Source: Trichosphaerium sp. ATCC 40318 | Taxonomy: Eukaryota > Protista > Tubulinea | Length of the DNA stretch: 64,000 nucleotides | Reading direction: 5' to 3' | Assembly (NCBI GenBank): GCA_038496445.1 | Contig: JALMLS010000143.1 | Coordinates: 434,001 to 498,000 of the forward strand | Shown: piece after piece, positions 1 to 11,554 of the stretch | How positions within the stretch are numbered: position 1 is the first letter of the stretch | Layout: each line of letters begins with the position of its first letter | The notes under the pieces: generated by a model | Told to the model about the DNA's origin: nothing | Databases searched by the model: none | The model's input: the letters and a program-made list of their open reading frames with translations, nothing else | Position numbers and translations under genes: made by a program

Positions 1-394
1 TTAGTGTAGCGAACTCCTCGTTTACGTTTCTAGTCTGTTATTGATGTCAAGATTCGCGTTATTTATTTCACGATGTTTCTCGTGAGATTTCACGTAAAAC
101 TTATTGATAGAGGGCTTCTTGTCACGTTTCTGCTTTAAGAATGACCGTGATCAACCCTAAAAGCCGTAGTATAGACTATAAACTATACATACCATTAAAT
201 GGTTGATAGAGCTCCAATACATAGTATTAGCACTCGTTAATACTAGGTATCGCGAAAGAAGTGCTCGTGCAGCAAAGTGTTTATCGAGGAAACCAAATAA
301 AAATTGTGGTTGTCACGTCATTCTTGTTTCACTGATTTGAAAAAAAAATCAAAATCAAAATCAACAACAACCAACACAAACAACAACAAGCTAG

Positions 395-1300
395 ATGTCA
401 AACAAACAAACATCAACCAACAACAAAACAAAGAAACGTGTCACTCAAAAGAAGAAACCATCAAAGGCGCCAGTGTACGTTAATTTATCGTCAAGTGAAA
501 TCCAATGATTACTGACACTCTTCATGATAGTACAAAGAAACCCACAGTTAACCCTGCAACTGTTGGAGGAGGTGTCGGAGGCACATTCATGAAGTCATTG
601 CGTATGTTCTAAAGCCTGTGATGTATTCTAACAGTTTATGATAGCAAAACCTTGTGGTGTTGCTGGCTTGGCACCTTGTATCGGAATCATCAGCCCAAAT
701 CCAAATGGTACATGTTATTGTGCTCATATCAGCGACTCTTGCTCAATGAGAACATGGTGGACACCATACGATAAGATTCAAAAAGCAGTTCGTACAGCTT
801 GGATTGAAGAAAAAATCAAATCTGGTTTAGGTATGTAATTGTTTGCTTTGTTACTTTTGGTGATCGTGATGTATGACTCACCCTATGGTCTAGGAAATCA
901 TCCAATCAGTAAAAGAACATTTTACGTGATGACAGGAATGCCAGAAGCCAATGCAACACTTGCGGCTGTACTTGAGGTATTGAAGGGTGCTCGTAAAGTG
1001 ATCAACAAAACAGGATGTAAAAGGTTTAAAAGTGGATTCTACTTGAATTCCAAGGGTTCTATTCGTCCACTTGTTGAACCTGATGCACTTTGGGCATGTG
1101 GTTGGGTTAAAGGAACAGAACTATCACAACGTTATAAGAAGATGCCAAATAACAAGGTCAATGGAGATGGCATATTTGAAGTACCTGAAATGAAAAAGTT
1201 TGATACAGTCGTTTCACAAGTTCGTAAAGCAAAGAAGGGTTTGGTCAGTAAAGATGACCCAGCACTCAAAAAATTCAGGCCTGTATTGGCGAAGGTATGA
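395..1300 (+). CDS. Uncharacterised 4-exon protein with a CheD/CNF1/NTAN1-like Cys-His motif
   Basis: ATG 395; three GT-AG introns splice in frame to ORFs 638-838 and 839-1300; motif GVAGLAPCIGII-x7-CYCAH. Function is inferred only from the motif. Confidence 0.6.
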
Positions 1301-2148
1301 TCACATGCGAACTTTCGTATCGTTGGATGATACGCCTTGTATATACTACTATCAATAAACAAATTATCAATACTTTTTTATTTTATTCAGCTGAGGTAAG
1401 TCACGGACAATATAGGGCTTAGAGAAGCAGTATTTCTAATTTCTAGATTCTACAATTTATCTGTAAAGTTAATTGGATGGGCATCTCTCAGAGCTACATG
1501 TAGAAAACACATTTTTTCTGCCATTTTAACTGTACAGTCATAGCTTTTTCACCACTTCTTGAGTTAATAGATATGTGTGTATGTAAACTTCCACCAGCTC
1601 ATCATGTACTTGCTCTTGATAAAACCAAAAAAAGAAACAACACGTGTTAATAAAGAGCAAAAAGGGTTGAGATTCCGTTTGATTTTAGTCAAAAACTTGA
1701 TCGTACTTGTAAGTCTTTTGTTTCAATCTTCTTGATTTTAGCATATCTCTCAATCTGTGTCAATATAGCCATGTTCATATACATCTGAGTTGATGGGAAA
1801 GTAGTATCGGCATTGTGCACAACATCACTTTCAAATCCGTAAGTACTTCCTGAATGAAATATTAAAATCCGTAGACACGGTTATCATTTCGGCTTTCTTA
1901 AAACAAAATAAGAATAAAATAAGAACTTTCCTACTTTTGTTCGTCGGGCAATTGAATTGTACCGTTTAAGTTTTGCAAACTAATACCTCAAAGCTTTGTT
2001 TAAAGCATTTAGATACCAATTAGTCATTTCTCGACGTCCTAACGAAGGTATCTAAAACGAAAAGTTGATTACTTTTCGCGGGGTTTTCAGCGGTGTAATT
2101 GGCCGGATGCTCAAAGCAATACACTGTAGCACATACCATAGCACCCAC

Positions 2149-3127
2149 ATGTCCAAAACAAGGAAGCGTAAGGCATCAACGAGGTCGTCAAGCTCAAAAG
2201 CGGCTGTTAAGAAGCAAAAAACAGTAAGACGTTGTGACTGGGGTAACCATACAGAATTGATGAAAAAATATCATGACGAAGGTGCAGCAGCGTTTGTTAT
2301 TAGATTTGACGCTTTTGTATTTGTCGGACTTACAAATGAGTTTATCACGCAAACAACCTTATTTTTCGATAGAATGGGGCATACCGACGCGAGACGACGA
2401 CAAACTGTTTGAATTCTTGTTACTTGAGTCAAATCAAGCCGGTCTAAGCTGGAACACCATTTTAAACAAGCGAGAAAACTTTAGAGCTGCCTATGACGAA
2501 TTTGACGCCATTAAAATAGCAAACTATGATGACACGTTCGTTAGAATTCATTTTTCTCCTTCTTATTCTCTTGCAGAAAAGTCAGCGAGCTTCTTAAAGA
2601 CGCCGGCATTATACGACACAAAGGTAGCGCTTGTACCTCAGATTAAACCTTTGGCAGTCTTTATAACAGCTCATAGGAAAGATAAACGCAGCCATATCAA
2701 ACGCCAAGCTCTTCTTGGAGATTCAAAAAGTTCGTTTACAATTCTCATTTTTTTCTAAACAAAATACTTGTTTAGGAGTATGGTACCTTTGCAAAGTACA
2801 TTTGGGGATTCGTTGATGATAAAACAATAGTACGCGATTATACTTTAAAGCATGTGAGTTTTATTAAGTACTCATAGGTCAGCGAGTTTGATGAGATGTC
2901 TGATCTTCCTGCTAAAACTTCCGAAGCAGAAGCAATGTCAAAAGATTTGAAGAAACGCGGATTTAAATTTGTTGGACCTACTATTTGCTATGCATTCATG
3001 CAAGCCACAGGTATGTAAATATATGCAACAATAAAACACTAATGGATTTAACATGAAAGGTATGGTAGATGATCACTTGTCGTATTGCTTTAAACGCAAC
3101 AATTCAAAGACAAAGTCAACATCTTGA
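2149..3127 (+). CDS. tag: DNA-3-methyladenine glycosylase I (TagI family) with basic N-terminal extension
   Basis: Spliced product contains RCDW...YHDEEWG...LFEFLLLESNQAGLSW-TIL-KRENFR, KKRGFKFVGPTICYAFMQATGMVDDHLSYC (Zn ligands intact); six GT-AG introns. Confidence 0.93.
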
Positions 3128-3682
3128 TGAATACAGAAAGTTGGCTTGGTGTTCACGTGCCTCTTCCTCTACAGTCCTGTACTTATGGATTCCTTAATTT
3201 ACAAACTATTTCAGTCAATAGAGCTCAGCCAAACATTGCACTCCAGCTTAATGGCTTGCTGTCTTGTTTGTGAATTTTGTATTTACATCAAAAATAAAAG
3301 TACAATTTATTCTTCTTCGTTTCTTCTTAAAGGCTTACCATCTCAAAATGATCTAATAAGCATTCGTTAATAGATAGGCTAGTGTTGCTGTTGCTGCAAG
3401 GCAGGTATATCTTGCTATGAATATTAGAGACACCCTAGTTAACACTATTGACACCTCTTGTTTCAGATACTGCTGCAGCGATAGAAGATGCATTATCTTG
3501 CTCACCTACATAGGGTGCTTCGTTGAAACAACGTTCAAAGCTCAAGCTTGTAAAAAAATAAAAACCGTTACATCTGAAAGACTTTACTTTTTGTCACAAA
3601 CCCAGAATTTAGTGCAGAGCTATTTACAGGCGCAACGGGTCTACTTGTTTCAACACCTCGTACTAAACCGGGTTGCAACGCA

Positions 3683-4782
3683 ATGGAAGGAGAAGAGCGT
3701 GGAAATTCAGGTATACCAAGCAAACACAATTATTATCTAACGCTCCGCAAGAGCTACCTCCTGAGGTGTGGGATGCGATACTATCTTATTTAAAGAATAT
3801 TGGAGATTTTAGAGCGTTTGCGCGTTCATCACGAGAATTTAACTCTTTGGTGGATGCATCAGCCTGCAAACCATCTGTTTACGCCCACCTCATAATACAC
3901 AACTCAATTAAATACGACCACGTGAAAAAACTTGAAAAATACTTACCTCTGTACAACCCTCATTTAGACGGCTTTGATAGAGATGGTGGAAAGATTTATG
4001 GTTGCTGGAAACTCATTTTCAAATCTGTTACTGGGAATGAGTTTAAGCTTCATATTAAAAACAGTGACACTCTCAGAGATCTTCGGGAACAAATGTGTCT
4101 TAAGGTTGGTGCAAAAGATGTGGCGCTTATATGGGCTGGTAAGAGGCTTGTAGCAGGGTCAACATATCATTCTGGCAAGATAACAGAAGATTCTAGAATG
4201 GGTCAGTTGAACCCTGGTGTTAGAAGTGGGTATCCACCGATATTTTATGTTGTTAACGAATTATCACTTCCGCAGTCTAAAGAAATGAAAGAAAACCAAG
4301 GCAAGTATTTTTTATTTCCAGTTTTTTTTTTCTCGAAGAAAACTTTTAGCTTTTACCGTTTTCCATTTGACTGAAATTGTTATTGTCCCAGTGAATAAGA
4401 TTATAATCAAAGATAATAAGTCAAACTTAACAGTGCAATGTATAATTGTACAAGTCATAATGCTGTCAAACTTGCACGGATTAAACTTTAAATGATTTAT
4501 ATTTTACAATCCATTTTTTCTTGTCTTCTAATGTTATGTACAGCGTTTAAAATATGGTCAAAGCAACCTGGTAGACAAAAAAAATATTGGAGGTTTTCAG
4601 CACAACAATACTTACTAGCAAAGGCTGTAAATTGTAAAAGCCCTGGTGCTGCTAAACTTTTGATTAATAGTACCAAATTAACAGACGAGGAAGTAATGGA
4701 ACTTTTGAAGCATGGACATATCTGCAGGTGGTTGAAAAGAAACAAAATTGAGAGACATGGCAACTCTCAAAACGCCATGTAA
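3683..4782 (+). CDS. F-box plus ubiquitin-like domain protein with short C-terminal helical (ankyrin-like) region
   Basis: F-box ELPPEVWDAILSYL...FRAFARSSREF; UBL-like KLIFKSVTGNEFKLHIKNSDTLRDLREQM...LIWAGKRL. Last-exon joining is uncertain. Confidence 0.65.
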
Positions 4783-5646
4783 ATAGCAAGTATTTCCTTC
4801 GTCTTGTAAACTTGCTGTAAACTCAACTTGTACAAAAAATCCTTCATACAAAACACTTCATAATTGCAAAGGTGTGCAGAGTTTTTAATGAGCCACTAGG
4901 TATGAGACAAGAGGCAATTGCAATTACTAAAAAATATGACAATGGAATTAAATACTTGTTAAGTCAATGTATAACCGTGCTCATTCTAAAAACCACGCGT
5001 TCAGTTTGCTGTCGTGAACGGTATTTTGGGATAATATTCCGATTTCTTACTCGTCTTGCTCACTCGATCTGCATCATTTCTTATTTCATTATTCTTGTAA
5101 CACCTTCTTCGTTAACTACTGCATCAAATGGTTGTTCGCAAAAGGCTTCAATTGTTTGAGCGTTTTTGTAAATTTACAAAACTATTTTTTTTTGCGAAAG
5201 TTAGTTTAGTTTACACATGTCAACACTCAACAAAAGCCAAGGCCGTGTTGTTTTTGTATTAAGCAAATACAACATTCAATTACCTCATTCCATTCCAATT
5301 GTACTGTAGGTTACCATCCTTCCCATAACGTTAAACTAAAGCTACCAAGCGTTTTGTAGTAAAGAAAAACGGCAGTCTGGTAGTAGACACGTTCATACTC
5401 AAGTTTGGAGAACTACAAACAAACAGTTGTATTTTTTAAACGTTTAGTGTACACGTGTCAAAACTCAATGATATCCAAAATAAAAACCGGATATCCACTG
5501 AAAGCTTACATTTGGTACTGTAGTATTATAAAAGTAGCGTTTCGTTTAGTATGAGGCCTTTTCTAACTACATATCACGTGACACAAAAAATTCAACAGCT
5601 CACTTAATCATTACTCACAAAAACAACAAACACTCAGTAGTAAGCA

Positions 5647-6278
5647 ATGTCTGAATGCGGTGGATGTGGAAGCGGTAACAACGGTAACACTGGAGGTGGA
5701 AACACTGGAGGTGGTAATAACGGCGGTAACAATGGTGGCAACGGCGGTGGTAACGGCGGTGGAAACAAGTTTAAGCTTCTGTCGTCTGCTCAAGGTTTAG
5801 GCGCAAATGTCACGGCATCTTCAAGTTTCGATTGTAATCACATGCCTACCAACTCAGCAATCGACAGGGTCCCTCCTCAAGTTTTCGCTCACGCATGGGT
5901 AGCTGGTCGTAGCGACTCTTCCCAGTGGCTCCAGTTTTCTTTTGGTTTCAAGATTGTAAAGGCAATGGCTGTGAGGACTCAAGGTTCGTTGAGGCCAACA
6001 CTTCCAAAATTGGATGTGTGTCTAGTACAATATGCTCATTTTGATTAGGAAGAGGTGAAGCAGGCATGTGGGTAAAACAATACACTGTCAGCACGACAAT
6101 GGACGGTCTAACATGGACACCTGTCGAAAATAATCGCGTCTTCAACGGAAACAGTGATATGAAAGGTCAAGTTGAAAATACGTTTTCAAAACCGGTACTA
6201 TGCAGAGCTTTGAGGATCCATCCAACTTCTTGGCAAGTTCTCATTGCAATGAGAGCTGATGTAATGGTAAAGATTTAA
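5647..6278 (+). CDS. Discoidin (F5/8 type C) domain protein with Gly/Asn-rich N-terminus
   Basis: One intron joins AW-AG-SDSSQWLQ...AVRTQG to RG...WVKQY...GLTWT...FNGNSD...F-KP--CRALRIHPTSW--IAMR, a typical discoidin domain. Confidence 0.88.
5665..5770 (+). repeat. Low-complexity GGT/GGC/AAC coding repeat (GGNNGG)n
   Basis: Directly visible; encodes GNNGNTGGGNTGGGNNGGNNGGNGGGNGGGN. Confidence 0.85.
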
Positions 6279-6658
6279 AAGCAGCTTCATTACGACCACT
6301 ACTTTTTGCAATAAAGCAATTAAACTTAATTATCGCAATGTTCTATTCTAGCTGACATCATTCTTCATTCTATGATTGATGACATATTGTCGAATGATCA
6401 TGGGGTTAAGAGTTGTTCGTTACCAGTTATTGTCGCGTGTTGTACCATAGTGAAATTACACTGAAGTAGTGATCCTAGCACTGGGAAATTCACCGTGTTT
6501 TGCAGTTGAAACGAAGAAATATACATATGGCAACCTACGCAAAACTAAGTTCTTAACCTATTCTTTTATTATTTACAAACAAAGTTTCACTGCAATTCTA
6601 CTTAGGGTAACGCTTTTCATAGTCACACTTCCATTTGATACCATTAAAGGCTTCTGTT

Positions 6659-9600
6659 TTAGTCTCTTATTGATGTGTCTGCTGTTTTGTCATCTTCCTC
6701 ATCATTTTTATCCTCCTTTAACTTGCTTTTTAAGTATTTTACCTCTTCTTTCAAGTCCTTAACTTGTTGTTTTAAGTCACCGTTTGCATCATCTATTACC
6801 GATCCCTTGGTAACACTTGAAAGATCCATAGTTGCTGTTCTTCTCTTAGAATCACTTGTTTCGGTGTCTTGTAGCATGTAGTGCATGCGTGGTATTACCA
6901 AAGCTAGTACTGTAATGAAAGGTCCAAGCACAAGACTCCCAGATCGTAAAACGAACGTTAGCGTCCGATTCTCACCTCCAATAACCTGCAAAGCATTAGT
7001 TTAGATGGCAAAATTCTGCACTATAACGTACTTGTACGATGCCTAATATGGCAATGAAGAAAGCGAGTGTGTAGACTGAGAATCCAATAATTCTATTGAG
7101 AAAAAATTAGAACAAAGATATGTCAACACTGTTTTACGTACTTGGACTCATTGTATAGTACTGACTTTAGTTTCCATATTCTTACAGCCCAGTATAGACC
7201 GTATATAATGATACCAATATTGAATACAGCGATTATACTAAAGAATATCTTGTCATTGTCTCCGAAAGTACAAACAAAGTAATCATCTGATAAAACAAAC
7301 GGTTCGGCTGTCTCTAGTACAGCCCGAGAACGGCTTACTATTGTCCAAATAGATAGAAACACAACCTCGATAGCAACAATACCAGCGACAATAGGAATAA
7401 TCATCATGTTTGTGACTTTAAATACTTCCAAAGTATCAACAAGGAAAATCTGCCCAATACGATAGATCCGAGCAAACAATGCTCCATAAGTCAACTAATC
7501 CTCTATCAGCGACCAAAATCAAACTCAGAACAATAACGCACACTAAAACCTATGCCAAGGAACCATCGTATTGCATTGCAATGAAAGTCGTTCGTATGTA
7601 GAGTCCAGAAAAAAACAGTAGAATACATAATGATGGTGCCAAGCTGTTCCAATTATTAATCACATGAAGAGGCTAAGATACGTACCAAGGTGAGAACAAC
7701 AAACAAAGGTTGTGAAGCACGTATTATCCGATTATTTTGGAATATGATTACCCATATTACAAGGCCCATTGTTAGTATAATAATAAGTGAAACCAGAGCA
7801 AGCACAACTCGTTCGGCTGTTGTTTCTACAGAAACTACTTAGAAGCAGTGACTTAATGTTTACACGTACTATACCACCCGTATGTGGTTTCACGTTCATC
7901 CCATTTCGGAGCTGGATATATAAAAGGTGTTGTAACAGCAAACAAAGGTGCTACAACTTCAGCATTCAAGTCTTGATCCAATTGATAAGTAAGTGAAAAC
8001 CTTCCTAAATTCTGTCCGTTCAAATCAAATTGAAACTCTCCAGCAAAGCCTTTCATATTCATATTATTAATAGCATCTTGTATCTTATCCGTGTCGAAAG
8101 AACTTTGTAAAAATAAGAAATAAATCATGTGATCAAAGGCATTTATCTGATAAAATTATTTGCTTACTTTGCTTTTTCAACAGCGTACTGAACCATGTAG
8201 CCTGCAACATATCCTGTCATACCATGATGGCCAGGAGATACACCAAATCTTTCTCTGTACTTCTGAGCAAACAATTGAGGTGACGGCAATGTGCCGTTAC
8301 TACGGAAGTGATAGTGTCTGATGTTAGGATCGTCTTCATCGTAGATATTGCTATTTAGATTTTCATTCCACTACAAAAACCACTGTAAGTTCGCTTTTAA
8401 AGAACAAGACTCACCATGTTTCCTGCATCCATAACGTATCTGACATCTGGGCCTAAGTTCGGAAGATTTGAAGGAAGAAGACAAGGGACTGACAATAGGT
8501 ACGCCTAAAAATGTGAGACACAAGAATTGTTTTTAATCTTCTTACCTTTGCATTGAAATTCAGTTCTCTAGATATTCTCATAAGCGCTCCGCATGACGTA
8601 AAAGTACCACCAATGACCACATCTACAATACACAAAATAATCAGTAAAGAAGACAGTCAGACTTATCTGACCTGGTTTCAATTTAATTAGTTCCTCTACC
8701 ATTTCTCGTACATCCGCTTCTTGACCTTCGGGATCAAACCTGTCTCTGATTTCTTTTTGGTAAACTAAATCAAACCCTAAGAATGATATAGTTCTAAGAG
8801 CGCCAACACTTATGCCTACGACCGATGCTAGAAGTAGTCAGTACATTTACATGGTTTTAATTTTTTTTGGCTCGTACGCTCCCAAAACAAGGCAACAGAC
8901 TTCACATTCTGGATTGCCAACAGATTCAACGGCTCGGGCATGAATTTTTCAGTTGGTATAAGGATCTCAACGGTATAAGGCAAGCGACGACCAAAAGGTG
9001 CTTCACAAGGAGGTCTCAGCTCTTCATCGCAAATCTGGTTTGTAGGGTTTCCAGCGGCACCTGTGTTGACTTTTAACCTCCCGAAACAGTGAAGTATTAC
9101 TTACCCCATATAGAGTTAATTTTAAATTCATGTGCAACGAGCGCAGCTGGCAATCCAAGCTCCGTTGAGAGTGGCTTAACAGAATGTTAAGTTTACTCTA
9201 AAATACACCTCACGTACAAGAAAAATCAAGTTTACATTGTACTCTGTAATAAGTACTCTTGTTGCATTTGCTGTAGCTTCACCTGTGGGTTCTATAAAAA
9301 TAATTAACAAAACCAAAATAGATTATGACGCCAAGTAACGTGTCCCAGAGTGTAACGACGCCAAAGTCACGTGTCCTAGAGTGTAACGACGAAGCACAGA
9401 TTGTGAGGCTCATTTTTTTGGTGTTTTGTGTGTAGTTTCAACGTGCTCAAACGTACCAACCGGAGTGAATAAGATTTCAACCGTATGCAGAGACCCATTA
9501 ATCAGTAGCCCTCCTCTTTCGTTTACCTTTGTAAATAAATATATTTAAAGGATATATTTAGTTGTACCGTGTCTCGCCACATCTCGTGGCTGTTACGCTG

Positions 9601-9717
9601 TAATACCGAATTGCCAAGAAAGTTTCCTTCTCGGGGATACACACTACCTATTCTGAACACCTTGTCCATAGATAAGACTATCATAATGAGAGACAAAAAT
9701 ATCACAAGCCGCAGCAT
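6659..9717 (-). CDS. Class C (GABA-B-like / Dictyostelium Grl-like) GPCR with periplasmic-binding-protein ectodomain
   Basis: Signal peptide MLRLVIFLSLIMIVLS; ectodomain motifs VNERGG, GPLSTEL; 7TM motifs IIRASQPLF, CNAIRWFLGIGF, TYGALFARIYRI, LYNESK; coiled-coil tail. Confidence 0.85.
9327..9391. repeat. Two imperfect 30/31-bp tandem units within a GPCR intron
   Basis: gacgccaagtaacgtgtcccagagtgtaac then gacgccaaagtcacgtgtcctagagtgtaac then gacg. Confidence 0.85.
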
Positions 9718-10055
9718 TTGCTTTTTGTACCAAACGGGCTTTTTTTTATCCCAATTCAAAACACCTAAGAAATGTGTACGGTGCTACTCCGTCTCCGTAA
9801 TTAACACTCAAAACGTTCGTTTTTAACTGTTCGTTATTACTAACAATAAACATTTACAAGCAATACAAAAGAAGTCATGCAACCTGAAAAAAAAGATCAA
9901 GCACTCCGGCAACAACAAAAAGAAAAGTCACGTGATATTTGCTAAAGCCGTCAGTGACTTTTGATAAAGCTTTAAGAGTACAATTTATTTACAAACAGCT
10001 GACCAGCCCATTCCCAAGTAGTATTGGGTGATTAATTTACAGATAAAGAAACTTT

Positions 10056-10757
10056 TCAATCCTGTTCTTCATCGTCATCTTCAGTTACGACTTTAGGAGT
10101 CAAATCCTTTTCTATTTTACCATCCTTCTTTATACAATGCATAAAAAGTTTTCCATCGCTATCCCACTCCTTATACTCACCAACCTCAACGTTATGCTTA
10201 CAATAACAATGAACATGCAATTGTCCATTAAAATACCATTGCTTATACTCTCCTTCATCCATACCTTCTTTACAGAAAGAATGCGTGTTTAACTGTCCAT
10301 TTGTATGCCACTGCTTATACTCTCCATGATGCTTACCCTTGACGTAGTAGCAATGAATATGAAGCTGTCCAGACCCATACCATTGCTTAAACTCGCCGTC
10401 GTTCAACCCATTCTTCTTAATCAAGCGTTCATGTAGCGAACCGTCAGAATAGAATTGTCTCACTTCTCCTTCCTCTTTTCCTTCCTTATATGTACTCTCT
10501 GTTTCGACTTGTCCGTTCTTATACCATTGACGGTGGTCGCTCACTTGAACTCCGTGTTTGAACCAAGATGCAGCCGATTTTTGACTACAGTCGTGCCATT
10601 TTAGCCACTGGCCTTGCTTTTCCAGATTCTTGTCGTAGTGCGTTGCTAACGCAGCACGCTTTGATAAAACGTGCCACTTATAAAAAGAGTAAGGAGCGAG
10701 TTTGCACATTTCCTTCTGAAGCTCCGTAGGGAGGTCCAAGAGCGTCATGCGAGGCAT
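10056..10757 (-). CDS. Intronless F-box-like plus MORN-variant (YwqK-like) repeat protein
   Basis: N-terminal LLDLPTELQKEM; about 6 repeats of 24 aa GEYKQWYxNGQLxxHCxYKxG; single uninterrupted ORF. Confidence 0.85.
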   Translation of the reverse strand: MPRMTLLDLPTELQKEMCKLAPYSFYKWHVLSKRAALATHYDKNLEKQGQWLKWHDCSQKSAASWFKHGVQVSDHRQWYKNGQVETESTYKEGKEEGEVRQFYSDGSLHERLIKKNGLNDGEFKQWYGSGQLHIHCYYVKGKHHGEYKQWHTNGQLNTHSFCKEGMDEGEYKQWYFNGQLHVHCYCKHNVEVGEYKEWDSDGKLFMHCIKKDGKIEKDLTPKVVTEDDDEEQD

Positions 10758-11554
10758 TTCTAAGTAATATATAAGTAAACAACGCAATTTGGTGACAAAT
10801 GTGCAAAAAAGGGAGTCAGAGCGCGTGACTGTTTTTTTTTTGATGCGACTACGTCAGTTAAGTACATAGACGGCAGTAAACGCGTAAAATGGGTTGTGAA
10901 TTAGTTTTGTTTTTAGATAGTTTGTTTACACAACCACACACGCATGCGTCGTTCATTTTGTGAAGATAAAACCGTTTGCGTACTACTTTGGTGCTGTACT
11001 CGTTTCTTCATAGTTATTTTACTTTTAATAGCTTGGTAATAACTGTTAGTATGCGATACGTTGCGTTTAACGAGCAACTTGTAACAGTCTACAAGTTTCA
11101 ATCACTAATTAGGCGTCTTTGCCGTTTGAGGCACCACAAAAACGCCGAAAGCTAAAAATGTCACACAGGACAGTTCCTACTTTTTGTAAACCTATTGACA
11201 TGTACCTCTTTGATGTTTCTCATTGTTGCGAAGCAATACGGAGAAAAAATATTAAAAATAAACTGAACAGTCGCAAGGAATTAACTTGTGGTAGCGCGGA
11301 GTCCTGTGGTTTACGTCATTGAGGTAAAAAACATGACCTCAAAAAGGTAAAAACTATACACCAGTCTCAGGAAACATAAATCTTTTGGTGTATTTTAAGC
11401 TTGTGATTGTGAAAAAAAACCCGCGACTAAGGCGGGATAATAAGTCCGAAAACTGCTATCAGAAAAACGTTTGGCATACACTTAAGAAGAGTGTCTCAAG
11501 CCCCACAATTTCAAAATAGGCGTTATAGCAAGAGTACAACGCCAATAATACACC

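Noticed and set aside
1380-2030. Possible small minus-strand gene (similar candidates at 3300-3520, 5040-5400, 20440-20860, 37870-38460, 43870-44150, 63300-63780)
   Set aside because: Exon-like patches exist, but I could not build an unambiguous spliced frame or recognise a family.
9327-9391. CRISPR-like repeat
   Set aside because: Only two abutting units, no spacers, no cas genes; a simple intronic tandem duplication.
9547-9555. ATATCCTTT on the minus strand as a U12 AT-AC donor in the GPCR gene
   Set aside because: It lies inside a short GT-AG intron whose removal already gives the expected DTVNERGG frame; no matching U12 branch site seen.
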